From Holophagales bacterium (GTDB taxonomy: Bacteria > Acidobacteriota > Thermoanaerobaculia > Multivoradales > Multivoraceae), in the NCBI GenBank assembly GCA_009845425.1, contig VXZQ01000004.1:140585-204584 (forward strand): a stretch of 64,000 bases of DNA. Reading direction: 5' to 3'. Each line of letters begins with the position of its first letter. Positions within the stretch are counted from its first letter, which is position 1. The notes beneath the pieces were generated by a model. The model was not told where the DNA came from. It did no database searches and saw only the letters and a list, made by a program, of their open reading frames with translations. Of the stretch, positions 37,366-45,991 are shown piece after piece. A program made the translations under genes and the position numbers.

Positions 37366-39371
37366 CCATCAGGTTCGCCGAGGAGATTCTCCTGCTCATC
37401 CTCGACGAAGAGCACGGTGATCTGCCGAAGTCCTACTCGGAGCACCTTCTGGACATCGTCGTTGCCGGCGCCGTGTTGATGGACCTGGCGCTGGAAGGAC
37501 GGATCGACACCGACCTCGAGAAACTCGTCCTGGTGGACTCCACGCCTCTTGAGGACGAGCTTCTCGATCCGACCCTGGCGGATGTAGCGACCGGCCCGGG
37601 CGATCGCAACGCGGACTACTGGATCGCGCGTACGGCGGAGCGGGGCAAGGAGATCCGTGAACGCGCGCTTGCCCGCCTGGTCGAGAACGGAATCCTGGAA
37701 ACCGATGCCGGCGGCATGTTCTTTTCGTCCGCCGTCTCCCGTTCCAGGCGCTATCCGACCCGTGACGGGCGCCAGATGGAGGAAGTGCGCCTGCGAATCA
37801 TGCGAGTGCTGTTCAGCGACGAGATACCCGATCCGCGCGATGTCGTGCTCATCTGCCTGAGCGACGCCAGCGGTGTCCTGCGTCGCCTGCTCACGCCGCA
37901 GGAGAGGACCCGGCTGCGGGAACGAATCGAGCAGATCCGGAAGCTTGACCTGATCGGCCGGTTCCTGCTCCCGGCGATTCGCCAGAACCAGCTCGCCGCC
38001 CCGGCGCCGACGGCAGCCCGGCCGCCGAGCGAGATTCCCGAAGTGAAGGGCCTCCCGTTCCTCGGCAGCGCCCTCAGCATGACCGGAGATCTGAGCGTCT
38101 TCTTCGCCCGGCAGTACAGGGAACTGGGCCCCGTCTTTCGCGTGCGCGCCCTGAACCGGCGCCTCCTCGTTCTCGCCGGTCCGGAAGCCGTTCAGTTTCT
38201 TCAACGCCAGGGCAAGGCCCACTTGCGAACCGGCAACGAGTGGTTGCGCTTCAGTTGGGAGATGGGGGCCTCCAAGACGATCATCGCCCAGGAGGGCCCT
38301 CCACACGTCCGCATGCGCAAGACGATGGCCCCGGGCCTTTCGCCCCAGTGCCTCCACGAGCGCATGCCCGACTTCATGCGCATCACCCGAACGGAAATCG
38401 CCGGCTGGCTCCACGGCGGTCCCGTTGCGGCCCGCTCCGCGCTTCAGCGCATGATCACTCGCCAGGCCGGCGCACTGCTGGCCAACCTCGACATGGTCGA
38501 CGGCTCCGACGACCTGGACCGCCTTCTAGGGACGATCCTGGACGTGGAGGTGGCGCGACGACGCCCAAGGTGGTGGCTGAAGCTCCCGCGGGTGTCTCGC
38601 GCTCGAAAGTCCTATCGGGCGCTCTTCGAGGAGATCATGGCAGTGCACGAGCGGCGCAAGCCGTCTGGCGGCCCATCGAACGTCGTGGACGATCTGCTCG
38701 ATCTTCATCGAAGAGACCCTCGGCTGCTCCCCGAAGAGGACCTGCCGGGCGTCGTCGGATCCATCCTCATCGCGGCGCTCCACACGGCAGCGTACACGGT
38801 GGTGTTCGCGCTCTACGAGGCGCTGAAACGCCCGCGGTTCCTGAACGCGATGAGGGCCGAAGCGGACGCCCTGTTCGACAGCGGAGCCGCAGCCGCGCCT
38901 CCACTGTCACGACTTGACGTCACGAACCGCTTCGCGATGGAGACCATGCGGGTGTACTCGATCACGCCCGCGGTGCTGCGTCGTGTAACGAACTCGTTCG
39001 TGTTTGCCGGCCACACGATCCCGGCCGGCGCAGACATCGTGATCGCCTACGGGGCAGCGCACCATCTGCCGGAGCACTTCCCCGATCCGCGGCGTTTCGA
39101 CATCGACCGGTACACGCCGGAGCGGGCGGAGCATCGGGCAGCCGGCGTGTACGTTCCGTTCAGCGCGGGAGCACACAGTTGCCTGGGGAAGGGCCTCGCC
39201 CAGATTCAGATCGCGCTGACCCTTGCGACGATCTTCCATGAGGTCGACCTGGAGATGAGGCCCCCGGGCTACAGGCTGAAGGTCTCCTACGGTCTGTCGC
39301 CCAGGCCGGCCGATTCCTTCAGGTTCGTCGCGCGGCGCAGAAGAGAGAGAGACGCCGCCCTCACCGCCTGA
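37362..39371 (+). CDS. Fusion protein: an N-terminal GPP34/GOLPH3-family domain plus a C-terminal cytochrome P450.
   Basis: - The ORF is a single 669-codon reading frame.
- The N-terminal roughly 205 aa read FAEEILLLILDEEHGDL...VAGAVLMDLALEGRI, which is GPP34-like.
- The P450 part has the ExxR motif (ETMR) and the heme loop FSAGAHSCLGKGLA, with the Cys codon at 39180-39182.
- The ATG overlaps the stop of the shc remnant (ATGA). Confidence 0.8.
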   Translation: MTIRFAEEILLLILDEEHGDLPKSYSEHLLDIVVAGAVLMDLALEGRIDTDLEKLVLVDSTPLEDELLDPTLADVATGPGDRNADYWIARTAERGKEIRERALARLVENGILETDAGGMFFSSAVSRSRRYPTRDGRQMEEVRLRIMRVLFSDEIPDPRDVVLICLSDASGVLRRLLTPQERTRLRERIEQIRKLDLIGRFLLPAIRQNQLAAPAPTAARPPSEIPEVKGLPFLGSALSMTGDLSVFFARQYRELGPVFRVRALNRRLLVLAGPEAVQFLQRQGKAHLRTGNEWLRFSWEMGASKTIIAQEGPPHVRMRKTMAPGLSPQCLHERMPDFMRITRTEIAGWLHGGPVAARSALQRMITRQAGALLANLDMVDGSDDLDRLLGTILDVEVARRRPRWWLKLPRVSRARKSYRALFEEIMAVHERRKPSGGPSNVVDDLLDLHRRDPRLLPEEDLPGVVGSILIAALHTAAYTVVFALYEALKRPRFLNAMRAEADALFDSGAAAAPPLSRLDVTNRFAMETMRVYSITPAVLRRVTNSFVFAGHTIPAGADIVIAYGAAHHLPEHFPDPRRFDIDRYTPERAEHRAAGVYVPFSAGAHSCLGKGLAQIQIALTLATIFHEVDLEMRPPGYRLKVSYGLSPRPADSFRFVARRRRERDAALTA

Positions 39372-39384
39372 GGAGGAGACTCCA

Positions 39385-40569
39385 GTGCCCGGTAAAGACA
39401 AGGTCCTCCCGCACTCGAGCACGATGGCCCCTCCGGGCACATGGCTGCGCCTCCTCTGGGAGAACGGCGGCGCCCCGCCGGCCTACTGGGGCAAGGTGGC
39501 GCGGATCCTCATTCCGACGACGCTGGCTGCTCCTCTACGGATCTTCGAACGACTGCGCTGGGGCGGCGCGGTCGCCCGCGTGGAGATCGACAAACCGCCC
39601 GTCTTCGTGCTCGGCGTTGCCCGCAGCGGCACGACTCATCTGCTCAATCTGATGTCGCAGGATCCCCAGTACGCCTGGATCTCGACCTTTCACGCCGCCG
39701 TGCCGACCTTCTTCCTCACCGGCCGTGGCCGCTTGAAGCGCCTCATGGCCGGACTCGCGCCGGCGACCCGGCCGATGGACAACATGAAGGTGTCCATGGA
39801 CATGCCGGTCGAGGAGGACCTGGCCGTCGCCAATTCGAGTCCTTTCTCTTCCCTCCATGCGCTCTCGTTCCCCCAGCGGGGAGAGTGGTACTTCAACAGG
39901 TACTGCTTCATGCGAGGCCTTTCGGCCAGGGAACTGAAGCAGTGGGAGCGCGTCTACATGGAGGTGCTGCGCAAGGCGACGCTGGACGCCGGCGGGCGGC
40001 GGCTGGTGCTCAAGAGTCCGGCCAACACGGGCCGGATACCTCATCTGCTGCGGCTCTTTCCGGACGCGCGGTTCATCCACATCGTTCGAAATCCGTACGT
40101 GGTCTACGAGTCCCTGGTGCACATGTTCCGTTCGGTCATTCCGATGCACCAGCTTCATTCGATCACCGAGAGAGCTCTGGACGATCTTGCTCTCTTCCTT
40201 CTCCGGGAAACGCTACAGCAGTACTTGAAGGACCGTGCATCCATCCCGAAGGGACAGCTTGCGGAGCTGCGTTTCGAAGATCTGGAGCGGAATCCGCTGT
40301 CGGAGCTCGAGGCCGTCTACGCAACGCTGGACCTGCCGGGCTGGGAGGCGGCGCGGGTCGGGATCGAGAGCTACCTGGATGGACTTGCCGGCTATCAAAA
40401 GAACCGGTACGCCATCGATCCGCGCACGATCGAACGCGTCCAGCGGGAGTGCCGGTTCGCGCTGGACACATGGGAGTACCTGCCGCCCGACCGTCCGTCG
40501 GCCGCGGTGTCCGGAACCTCTACCGGCGCTGTAGCCGCAAGCCGACGACGATCGTGCGGCCCGGCGTGA
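39385..40569 (+). CDS. PAPS-dependent sulfotransferase family protein.
   Basis: A 5'-PSB-like loop (VLGVARSGTTHLLNLM), plus RLVLKSPANTGR and a 3'-PB-like block (IHIVRNPYVVYES). The GTG at 39385 is preceded by GGAGGAG. Confidence 0.75.
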   Translation: MPGKDKVLPHSSTMAPPGTWLRLLWENGGAPPAYWGKVARILIPTTLAAPLRIFERLRWGGAVARVEIDKPPVFVLGVARSGTTHLLNLMSQDPQYAWISTFHAAVPTFFLTGRGRLKRLMAGLAPATRPMDNMKVSMDMPVEEDLAVANSSPFSSLHALSFPQRGEWYFNRYCFMRGLSARELKQWERVYMEVLRKATLDAGGRRLVLKSPANTGRIPHLLRLFPDARFIHIVRNPYVVYESLVHMFRSVIPMHQLHSITERALDDLALFLLRETLQQYLKDRASIPKGQLAELRFEDLERNPLSELEAVYATLDLPGWEAARVGIESYLDGLAGYQKNRYAIDPRTIERVQRECRFALDTWEYLPPDRPSAAVSGTSTGAVAASRRRSCGPA

Positions 40570-42415
40570 CGAAGCCGGGGACCTCGAAGTAGTCCTCGTC
40601 GAGGAGGTTCTCGATCCGTACGAAGGGTCTGAGCCACGACAGGCTGTAGCTCAGGTGGAGGTCGACCTTGGTGTAGTCGTCCATGACCGCCCCGTCCGAA
40701 TCGGTCCGGTCGGAAACGAAGGCGACCATGGCGGCCGCCGTGAAGCGGTCCGTAGGCTGTAACTGCGCGACTGCCGTCGTGCGGTTCTTCGGCCGCCGGG
40801 CCAGGGGATTGCCCGTGGCCTCGTCTTCCGTCCGGTTGTACGTGTGCGAGAACTCGAGGCTGGTCGAGATGTCCGGCCGGTAGCGCAGGGTGAACTCCGC
40901 GCCGCTCGAACTCGCCCGGGCAACGTTGCCGAAGGTGAAGCTCGTCAGCTCGAACTCGATCAGTTGATCGAAGTCGATGTCGAACCAGGTCAGATCGAGC
41001 GTCACGCCCGAATCGCCCAGCCGCTGCTGCACCCCGATGTCGAAGCCTTCGGTGGTCTCGGGCAGCAGGTTCGGATCGCCCGAGAACGGGAAGTAGAGCT
41101 CGTTGAAGTTGGGTGCCCGGAACGCCGTGCCGTAGCTGCCGTGGACGCGGCCGCGGCCATCGCTCCAGCCGCCTGAGACGGTGACCCGATGACTTGTCTC
41201 GGACCCGAACGCCGAGTGCTCGTCGCCTCGCAGCGCGGCGGTCACGTGAACATCGTCCGTAATCGACCACTGGTCCTGCACGAACCACGAGTCCAGGTCG
41301 GCCTCCTCGTCAAACGTGCCGACACTCGTCCCCCGCCGGTTCTCCGTCCCGAGACCCAGGTTCAGCACATTGTTCGTGCCCAGGGTGATGTCGGACTGAA
41401 GGTCGATCTGGCGGATCTCGGAACGGATCTCGTAGTTGTTCCAGATCGTGTCGGGATCGGTCCCGAGCAGGGTCGCGTCGGTCTGGCCAAGGCGCACCGT
41501 CTGTCGCCAGAAGGAGCTCAGGTCCTTCTCCACCGTCAGGGAGACGGTGTCCTCGTCCTGGGCGGCCATCGCGTTCAGATCCTCGAGGCCGAATCCGTCC
41601 ACCGCGGTGTCGCCGCGGTAGGAACGAGCCCGCAGGTCGATCCGGCCGTCACCCGCGAAAGCGGCGCCGAGGCGGCTGCTCAAGGTCTGGTTCTCGTACG
41701 GATCGTCTTCGACCGCACCGCCCTCGATCGCGCGGTGGGACACGCCGTCGGTGCTCAGGTCGACCGCTGAAACGCTGACGTCCCAACGGTCGGTCGCGCC
41801 CAGGAGGCCCAGCTCGAACCGGCGGTGGTCGTGGGTGCCGGTCTCGCCGGCGCCGCTCAGCCGCCATCCCCTGGTGCCGCGGCCGGTCGTGATACTGACG
41901 ACCCCGGTCATCGCCTCCGAACCGTATGTCGCCTGCGGGCCGCGAAGAACCTCAATGCGCTCGATGTTGGCCGCCAGCAGGTGCGCGAAGTCGACCGTGC
42001 CGCCGGTGACCGAGTTGACCCGCACGCCGTCGACGAGGACCAGGGCCTGCGCTCCGGAGCCGCCGCGCACCCGGACCGTGGCGATCTTGCCGGGACCTCC
42101 GGCGTGAGTCACTTCCGTGCCGGGAACCGTGCGGAGCAGGTCGAGCACGGCCACCGGATTGCGCCGTTCGATCTCTTCGCCGTCGATCACCGTGACCGCG
42201 CTGCCGACCTCCGACGCCGGCACCTCGTAGCGGTTGGCGCTGACGACGATCTCCTCCGCGACGGTCTCTGGCTCGGCGCCAGCTTCCTCGTCCTGGCTGC
42301 CGGCTACCGGCGCCACCAGCAGGACGGTCGCCGCGGCGTGCAGCCACGGCAGGTGCGGGCGGCGTCGGGCGCCGCCCCGGGGACGTGGTACGTCGAGACT
42401 TCTCTTGTCGTTCAT
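40520..42415 (-). CDS. btuB: TonB-dependent outer-membrane receptor. It is a likely cobalamin/corrinoid receptor because a B12 riboswitch lies upstream.
   Basis: 631 aa with a plug domain (EEIVVSANRYE...VTVIDGEEIERRN...DLLRTVPG...VRVRGG...VLVDGVRVN) and a beta-barrel with alternating aromatic strands. The cobalamin riboswitch is in its 5' leader. Confidence 0.85.
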   Translation of the reverse strand: MNDKRSLDVPRPRGGARRRPHLPWLHAAATVLLVAPVAGSQDEEAGAEPETVAEEIVVSANRYEVPASEVGSAVTVIDGEEIERRNPVAVLDLLRTVPGTEVTHAGGPGKIATVRVRGGSGAQALVLVDGVRVNSVTGGTVDFAHLLAANIERIEVLRGPQATYGSEAMTGVVSITTGRGTRGWRLSGAGETGTHDHRRFELGLLGATDRWDVSVSAVDLSTDGVSHRAIEGGAVEDDPYENQTLSSRLGAAFAGDGRIDLRARSYRGDTAVDGFGLEDLNAMAAQDEDTVSLTVEKDLSSFWRQTVRLGQTDATLLGTDPDTIWNNYEIRSEIRQIDLQSDITLGTNNVLNLGLGTENRRGTSVGTFDEEADLDSWFVQDQWSITDDVHVTAALRGDEHSAFGSETSHRVTVSGGWSDGRGRVHGSYGTAFRAPNFNELYFPFSGDPNLLPETTEGFDIGVQQRLGDSGVTLDLTWFDIDFDQLIEFELTSFTFGNVARASSSGAEFTLRYRPDISTSLEFSHTYNRTEDEATGNPLARRPKNRTTAVAQLQPTDRFTAAAMVAFVSDRTDSDGAVMDDYTKVDLHLSYSLSWLRPFVRIENLLDEDYFEVPGFVTPGRTIVVGLRLQRR

Positions 42416-42429
42416 TCGGGCCTTCCTCC

Positions 42430-42632
42430 CCCTCGGGATTCCTCTCCGGGCGACCCTTCCGGGGCCGGCGGAGTTGTGTGCCGCGGCAGACAGCCAGGTC
42501 TCCTGGCTTACCTTCGTCCTACTGGCCGGCCCTTCCCATCCCGCTGGCGGGACAGTGGTTAACGCCGGCTTTCGTCCGGATCACAGTCGCGGGGCGGTGG
42601 GAGAGTCTCACTCCCTTCCCTTGAACTGCCTG
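42430..42632 (-). promoter_or_regulatory. Cobalamin (B12) riboswitch in the leader of the TonB-dependent receptor.
   Basis: The minus strand reads ...AAGGGAAGGGAGTGAGACTCTCCCACCGCCCCGCGACTGTGATCCGG...GTAAGCCAGGAGACCTGGCTG.... It contains the conserved GGGAA...GTGA.A...CCCGC.ACTGT core and a B12 box (AGCCAGGAGACCTGGC; plus strand 42493-42508). GGAGGAAGG then precedes the ATG at 42415. The ends are approximate. Confidence 0.85.
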
Positions 42633-42775
42633 CGTTCGATGTGTGCTCAGACTCTTGCTTCGGTGATCCTCGTCACGTTGAAGAATCGGGCTGCGAAGGG
42701 GCACCATAGCAGTCTCGCGAGGCGGCCTACAATCACGCGATGCGGAACGCGATAGGTGAGCAACTCTCTCTGCTC

Positions 42776-45700
42776 ATGGACGAGCCCGACGCCGCGTTCC
42801 GCGTCCACGCCTCGCACCGCCTGGAGACGCTGGCAGAGTGGCTCGCCGACGAGATGCGGCGGAATCCCGCCAAGCCACTCGAGCCGGAACGGATCGTCGT
42901 GCCGGACGCCCTGCTCGGCCAGTGGCTGCGGCTGCAACTCGCTACTCGCCTCGGCGTCGCAGCGCACCTGCGGATCGAGCAGCCGGCGCAGTTCGCCTGG
43001 GCGGCGATGCGCGAAGTTCTCCCAGAACTCTCCCAGGAGTCGGTGTTTGGTCCTTCCTACCTGCGTTGGAGGATCTTCGACCGCCTCGGGAACTGGACCG
43101 GAGATGACGAGATCGCCCGCTACCTGACCGACGGCGACGCGCGCAAGCGGTTCGAACTGGCCGACCGGCTTGCCGTCGCCTACGACCGTTGCCGCATCTA
43201 CCGGCCGGACAGCATTCGCGGCTGGCAACAGGGCGCATTCGACTCCTGGCACGCACGCCTTTGGGCCGATCTCGCGGCAGGCGAGGCCCAGCCCCGGCAC
43301 TGGGTCGATGCCATCGACCGCTACCGGGACGCCCTGGCACGGCGCGCGCCGGAGAGTCCCCAGGGAACTCCCCGACACAGGGTGAGCTTCTTCCACGTCG
43401 CCTTGATGTCACCCACCTACGTAGAGATGCTGAAGCTCGCCGCCGGCGCGATGGACGTCGATCTCTACTTGCTCAGTCCTTCGTTCAAGTTCTGGTATGA
43501 CGCCCCCAGACGCGACGACCGCGGCTACTACGAGGAACACGACGACCTGCTCGGCGCCTGGGGTCGGCCGGCGCGCGACCTGCAAACGCTGCTCGCGAGC
43601 GGTCCGGAAACTCCAACCGTCCTGAACCGCCAGCCAGCCGAAGACGCGCCCCTTCCCGCCACCTGTCTGGCCGCCCTGCAGCGCGACATCCTGGACGCCG
43701 CGGCCGCCAGCGAGCCGCCCGAACGGGAACCGCAACGCCGCGACGACTCGATCCAGATCCACGTGTGCCACTCTGCGACCCGCGAAGTCGAAGTCCTGCA
43801 CGACCGGTTGCTCGGAATCTTCGACACTCACCCGGACGTCCAGCCCGCGGACGTGCTGATCCTGACGCCTGACCTCGACACCTACGCACCGCTGGTCGAG
43901 GCTGTCTTCGGCGCAACCGGACCGATCCCTTTCAGCATCGGCAGGCACCGACTGAGGGAGGGCGCGGCGCTCACCGCATTCCTCGACCTGCTAGAGCTGC
44001 CGGGCTCCCGCTACGCGGCGAGCGACGTGCTGGTACCCCTGCTCGCTGTGTCAGTGCGTGCCAGGTTCGGGTTGGCCGACGCCGACCTGGCAGCGATTCG
44101 GGATGCGGTCGCACGGGCCCGGATTCACTGGGGTATCGACGAAGACCACCGAACCGAACTCGGCGTGCCCGCTTCCGCGAGCCACAACTGGAGGCACGGC
44201 CTGAGCCGGCTCATTCTCGGCTATGCGATGGACGAGGGCGACGTGCTGATCGACGACAAGACGCCCTGCGCCCTCGACCGACGCGGGTTTCGCAGGAGTG
44301 CCCACGACTACGAACTCTTGGGGCGCTTTTGCCGCTACTGCGAGCTGGCGTTCGTACTCGACGGATGGATGGAAACCAAGCACACTGCGAGCCAGTGGAC
44401 TGAGCGGCTACGGAGCGAGGTCCTCGACGCGTTCTTCGTCCGCGACAAACGCGCTGGCGCCGAAGGTGCCCGCGAGGTCGACACCGTGGCGCGCCTGATC
44501 GACGCCTTCGAGGAGCAGTGCCAGCGTGCCGAAGCCACCGAGCCGATCGCATTCCCGGTGCTCCGAGACGTGCTGAACGGGCTCGCCGCGGAGGCCGTTC
44601 GGTCCGCGCCGCGCCTCGCGGATGCGGTCACGGTCGCCGGGCTCGCTTCCGGCCAAGTCCTCCCGGCAAAGGTGATCTGCGCCGTCGGCCTGAATGACGG
44701 CGTCTTCCCCAGCAGACCGCGCCTCGCCGCCCTCGACTTCCAAGCCGACCTGTTCGACGGCCCGGCTCGCCAGCCCGGCGACCGCGACCGCCGCGACGAG
44801 GACCGCTTCGCTTTCCTCGAGGCGCTCCTTGGGGCAAGGCGCTGCCTCGTGCTGACCTACACTGGCCGGGATCTCCAGGAAGACAAGCCGATCCCGCCGT
44901 CCGTGGTCGTAAGTGAGCTGGTCCAACGCCTAGCGGAACGCTTCCCGGCAATCAAAGTGGACGACTGGATCCGGCTTCACCCGCTACAGCCATTCAGCCG
45001 CCGCTACTTCCAGGACGATGACATCGACCCGAGCAATGCCTCGGCACTATTCAGCTACTCGCAGCCCATGGCCGCCGCGGCAACGACTCTCTCCTCGCGA
45101 CGCGAGCGGCCAGACCGCTTCCAGGGCGAGGTGGCCGAGAGCAGCCGTCGTAACGGCACCGAGGAACTCGAGCTCGAGGACTTCGTCCGGTTCGCCTTCA
45201 GCCCGTCGAAGGAGTTCGTCCGCAACCGGTTGGATCTGGTCCTCGACACGCGCGAAGACCGCATCGAAGACGACGAAGCTCTCGACCTGAATGCACTGGA
45301 GGTCTGGCGCCTGAAGACCGAGCTAGCGGACCTAGGTGATCTGGAAGACGAGAGGACCCACGACCTGGCCGCGGCTAGGGGCCTGCTGCCGCCCGCGAAC
45401 CTTGGCCGCGTGCAGCACCGCGAATCAGCGGCCCAGGTGCGGAGTCTTCTGCAAGCGATGCAGAGATTCCGGGAACACGAAGAAGCGCCACTCCAGGAAG
45501 TCGACATCGTCGTCCGGGGCGTCCGTCTGGTGGGCGGAGTCGCGCGCTTCCACGATGCGAAGAACGAGCTTCTCTGGTGGCGTATCGGCCGGATCCGCCC
45601 CAAAGATCGACTCGCCGTCTGGCTACGGCTGCTGGCCGCCATCTGCCACCGGAACCGTTCAGCCGCCGCGTACCTGTTCGGCGGCACTACCGAAGTCGAG

Positions 45701-45991
45701 AGCGAGAAGCTCGCCGGCCCCTCCCCGGATGCCGCTAGATCGATGCTCGGGAGGTGGGTCGAAACCTGGCGGGACGGTCAGCGCCGACCGCTGCCCTTCT
45801 TCCCCTCGACCTCCTGGAAGTGGATCGGCACCAAGGAGTCGAGCGCGGCCGCCCTCAAGGACTGGAACGGCGACTTCGGCGAGGGCGGCGACGCTTGTCA
45901 CCGCTTGATCTTCGGCGACGATCCCCTACGCGACCCGTTCGAGTCGCTCGCCCGCGACCTCCTCGGCCCGCTGAAGGAGGCCCGTTCATGA
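42776..45991 (+). CDS. recC: Exodeoxyribonuclease V gamma subunit RecC.
   Basis: About 1070 aa. The N-terminus FRVHASHRLETLAEWL resembles the RecC start LRVYHSNRLDVL. The gene is followed by recB and recD with ATGA overlaps. The ORF track offers an alternative ATG at 42740. Confidence 0.9.
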   Translation: MDEPDAAFRVHASHRLETLAEWLADEMRRNPAKPLEPERIVVPDALLGQWLRLQLATRLGVAAHLRIEQPAQFAWAAMREVLPELSQESVFGPSYLRWRIFDRLGNWTGDDEIARYLTDGDARKRFELADRLAVAYDRCRIYRPDSIRGWQQGAFDSWHARLWADLAAGEAQPRHWVDAIDRYRDALARRAPESPQGTPRHRVSFFHVALMSPTYVEMLKLAAGAMDVDLYLLSPSFKFWYDAPRRDDRGYYEEHDDLLGAWGRPARDLQTLLASGPETPTVLNRQPAEDAPLPATCLAALQRDILDAAAASEPPEREPQRRDDSIQIHVCHSATREVEVLHDRLLGIFDTHPDVQPADVLILTPDLDTYAPLVEAVFGATGPIPFSIGRHRLREGAALTAFLDLLELPGSRYAASDVLVPLLAVSVRARFGLADADLAAIRDAVARARIHWGIDEDHRTELGVPASASHNWRHGLSRLILGYAMDEGDVLIDDKTPCALDRRGFRRSAHDYELLGRFCRYCELAFVLDGWMETKHTASQWTERLRSEVLDAFFVRDKRAGAEGAREVDTVARLIDAFEEQCQRAEATEPIAFPVLRDVLNGLAAEAVRSAPRLADAVTVAGLASGQVLPAKVICAVGLNDGVFPSRPRLAALDFQADLFDGPARQPGDRDRRDEDRFAFLEALLGARRCLVLTYTGRDLQEDKPIPPSVVVSELVQRLAERFPAIKVDDWIRLHPLQPFSRRYFQDDDIDPSNASALFSYSQPMAAAATTLSSRRERPDRFQGEVAESSRRNGTEELELEDFVRFAFSPSKEFVRNRLDLVLDTREDRIEDDEALDLNALEVWRLKTELADLGDLEDERTHDLAAARGLLPPANLGRVQHRESAAQVRSLLQAMQRFREHEEAPLQEVDIVVRGVRLVGGVARFHDAKNELLWWRIGRIRPKDRLAVWLRLLAAICHRNRSAAAYLFGGTTEVESEKLAGPSPDAARSMLGRWVETWRDGQRRPLPFFPSTSWKWIGTKESSAAALKDWNGDFGEGGDACHRLIFGDDPLRDPFESLARDLLGPLKEARS

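Noticed and set aside
42729-42734. TACAAT as a -10 box that would give a leaderless recC transcript starting at the ATG at 42740.
   Set aside because: There is no acceptable -35 element at 17±1 nt. Comparison of the RecC N-terminus favours the ATG at 42776, so the hexamer may be an ordinary promoter or coincidence.
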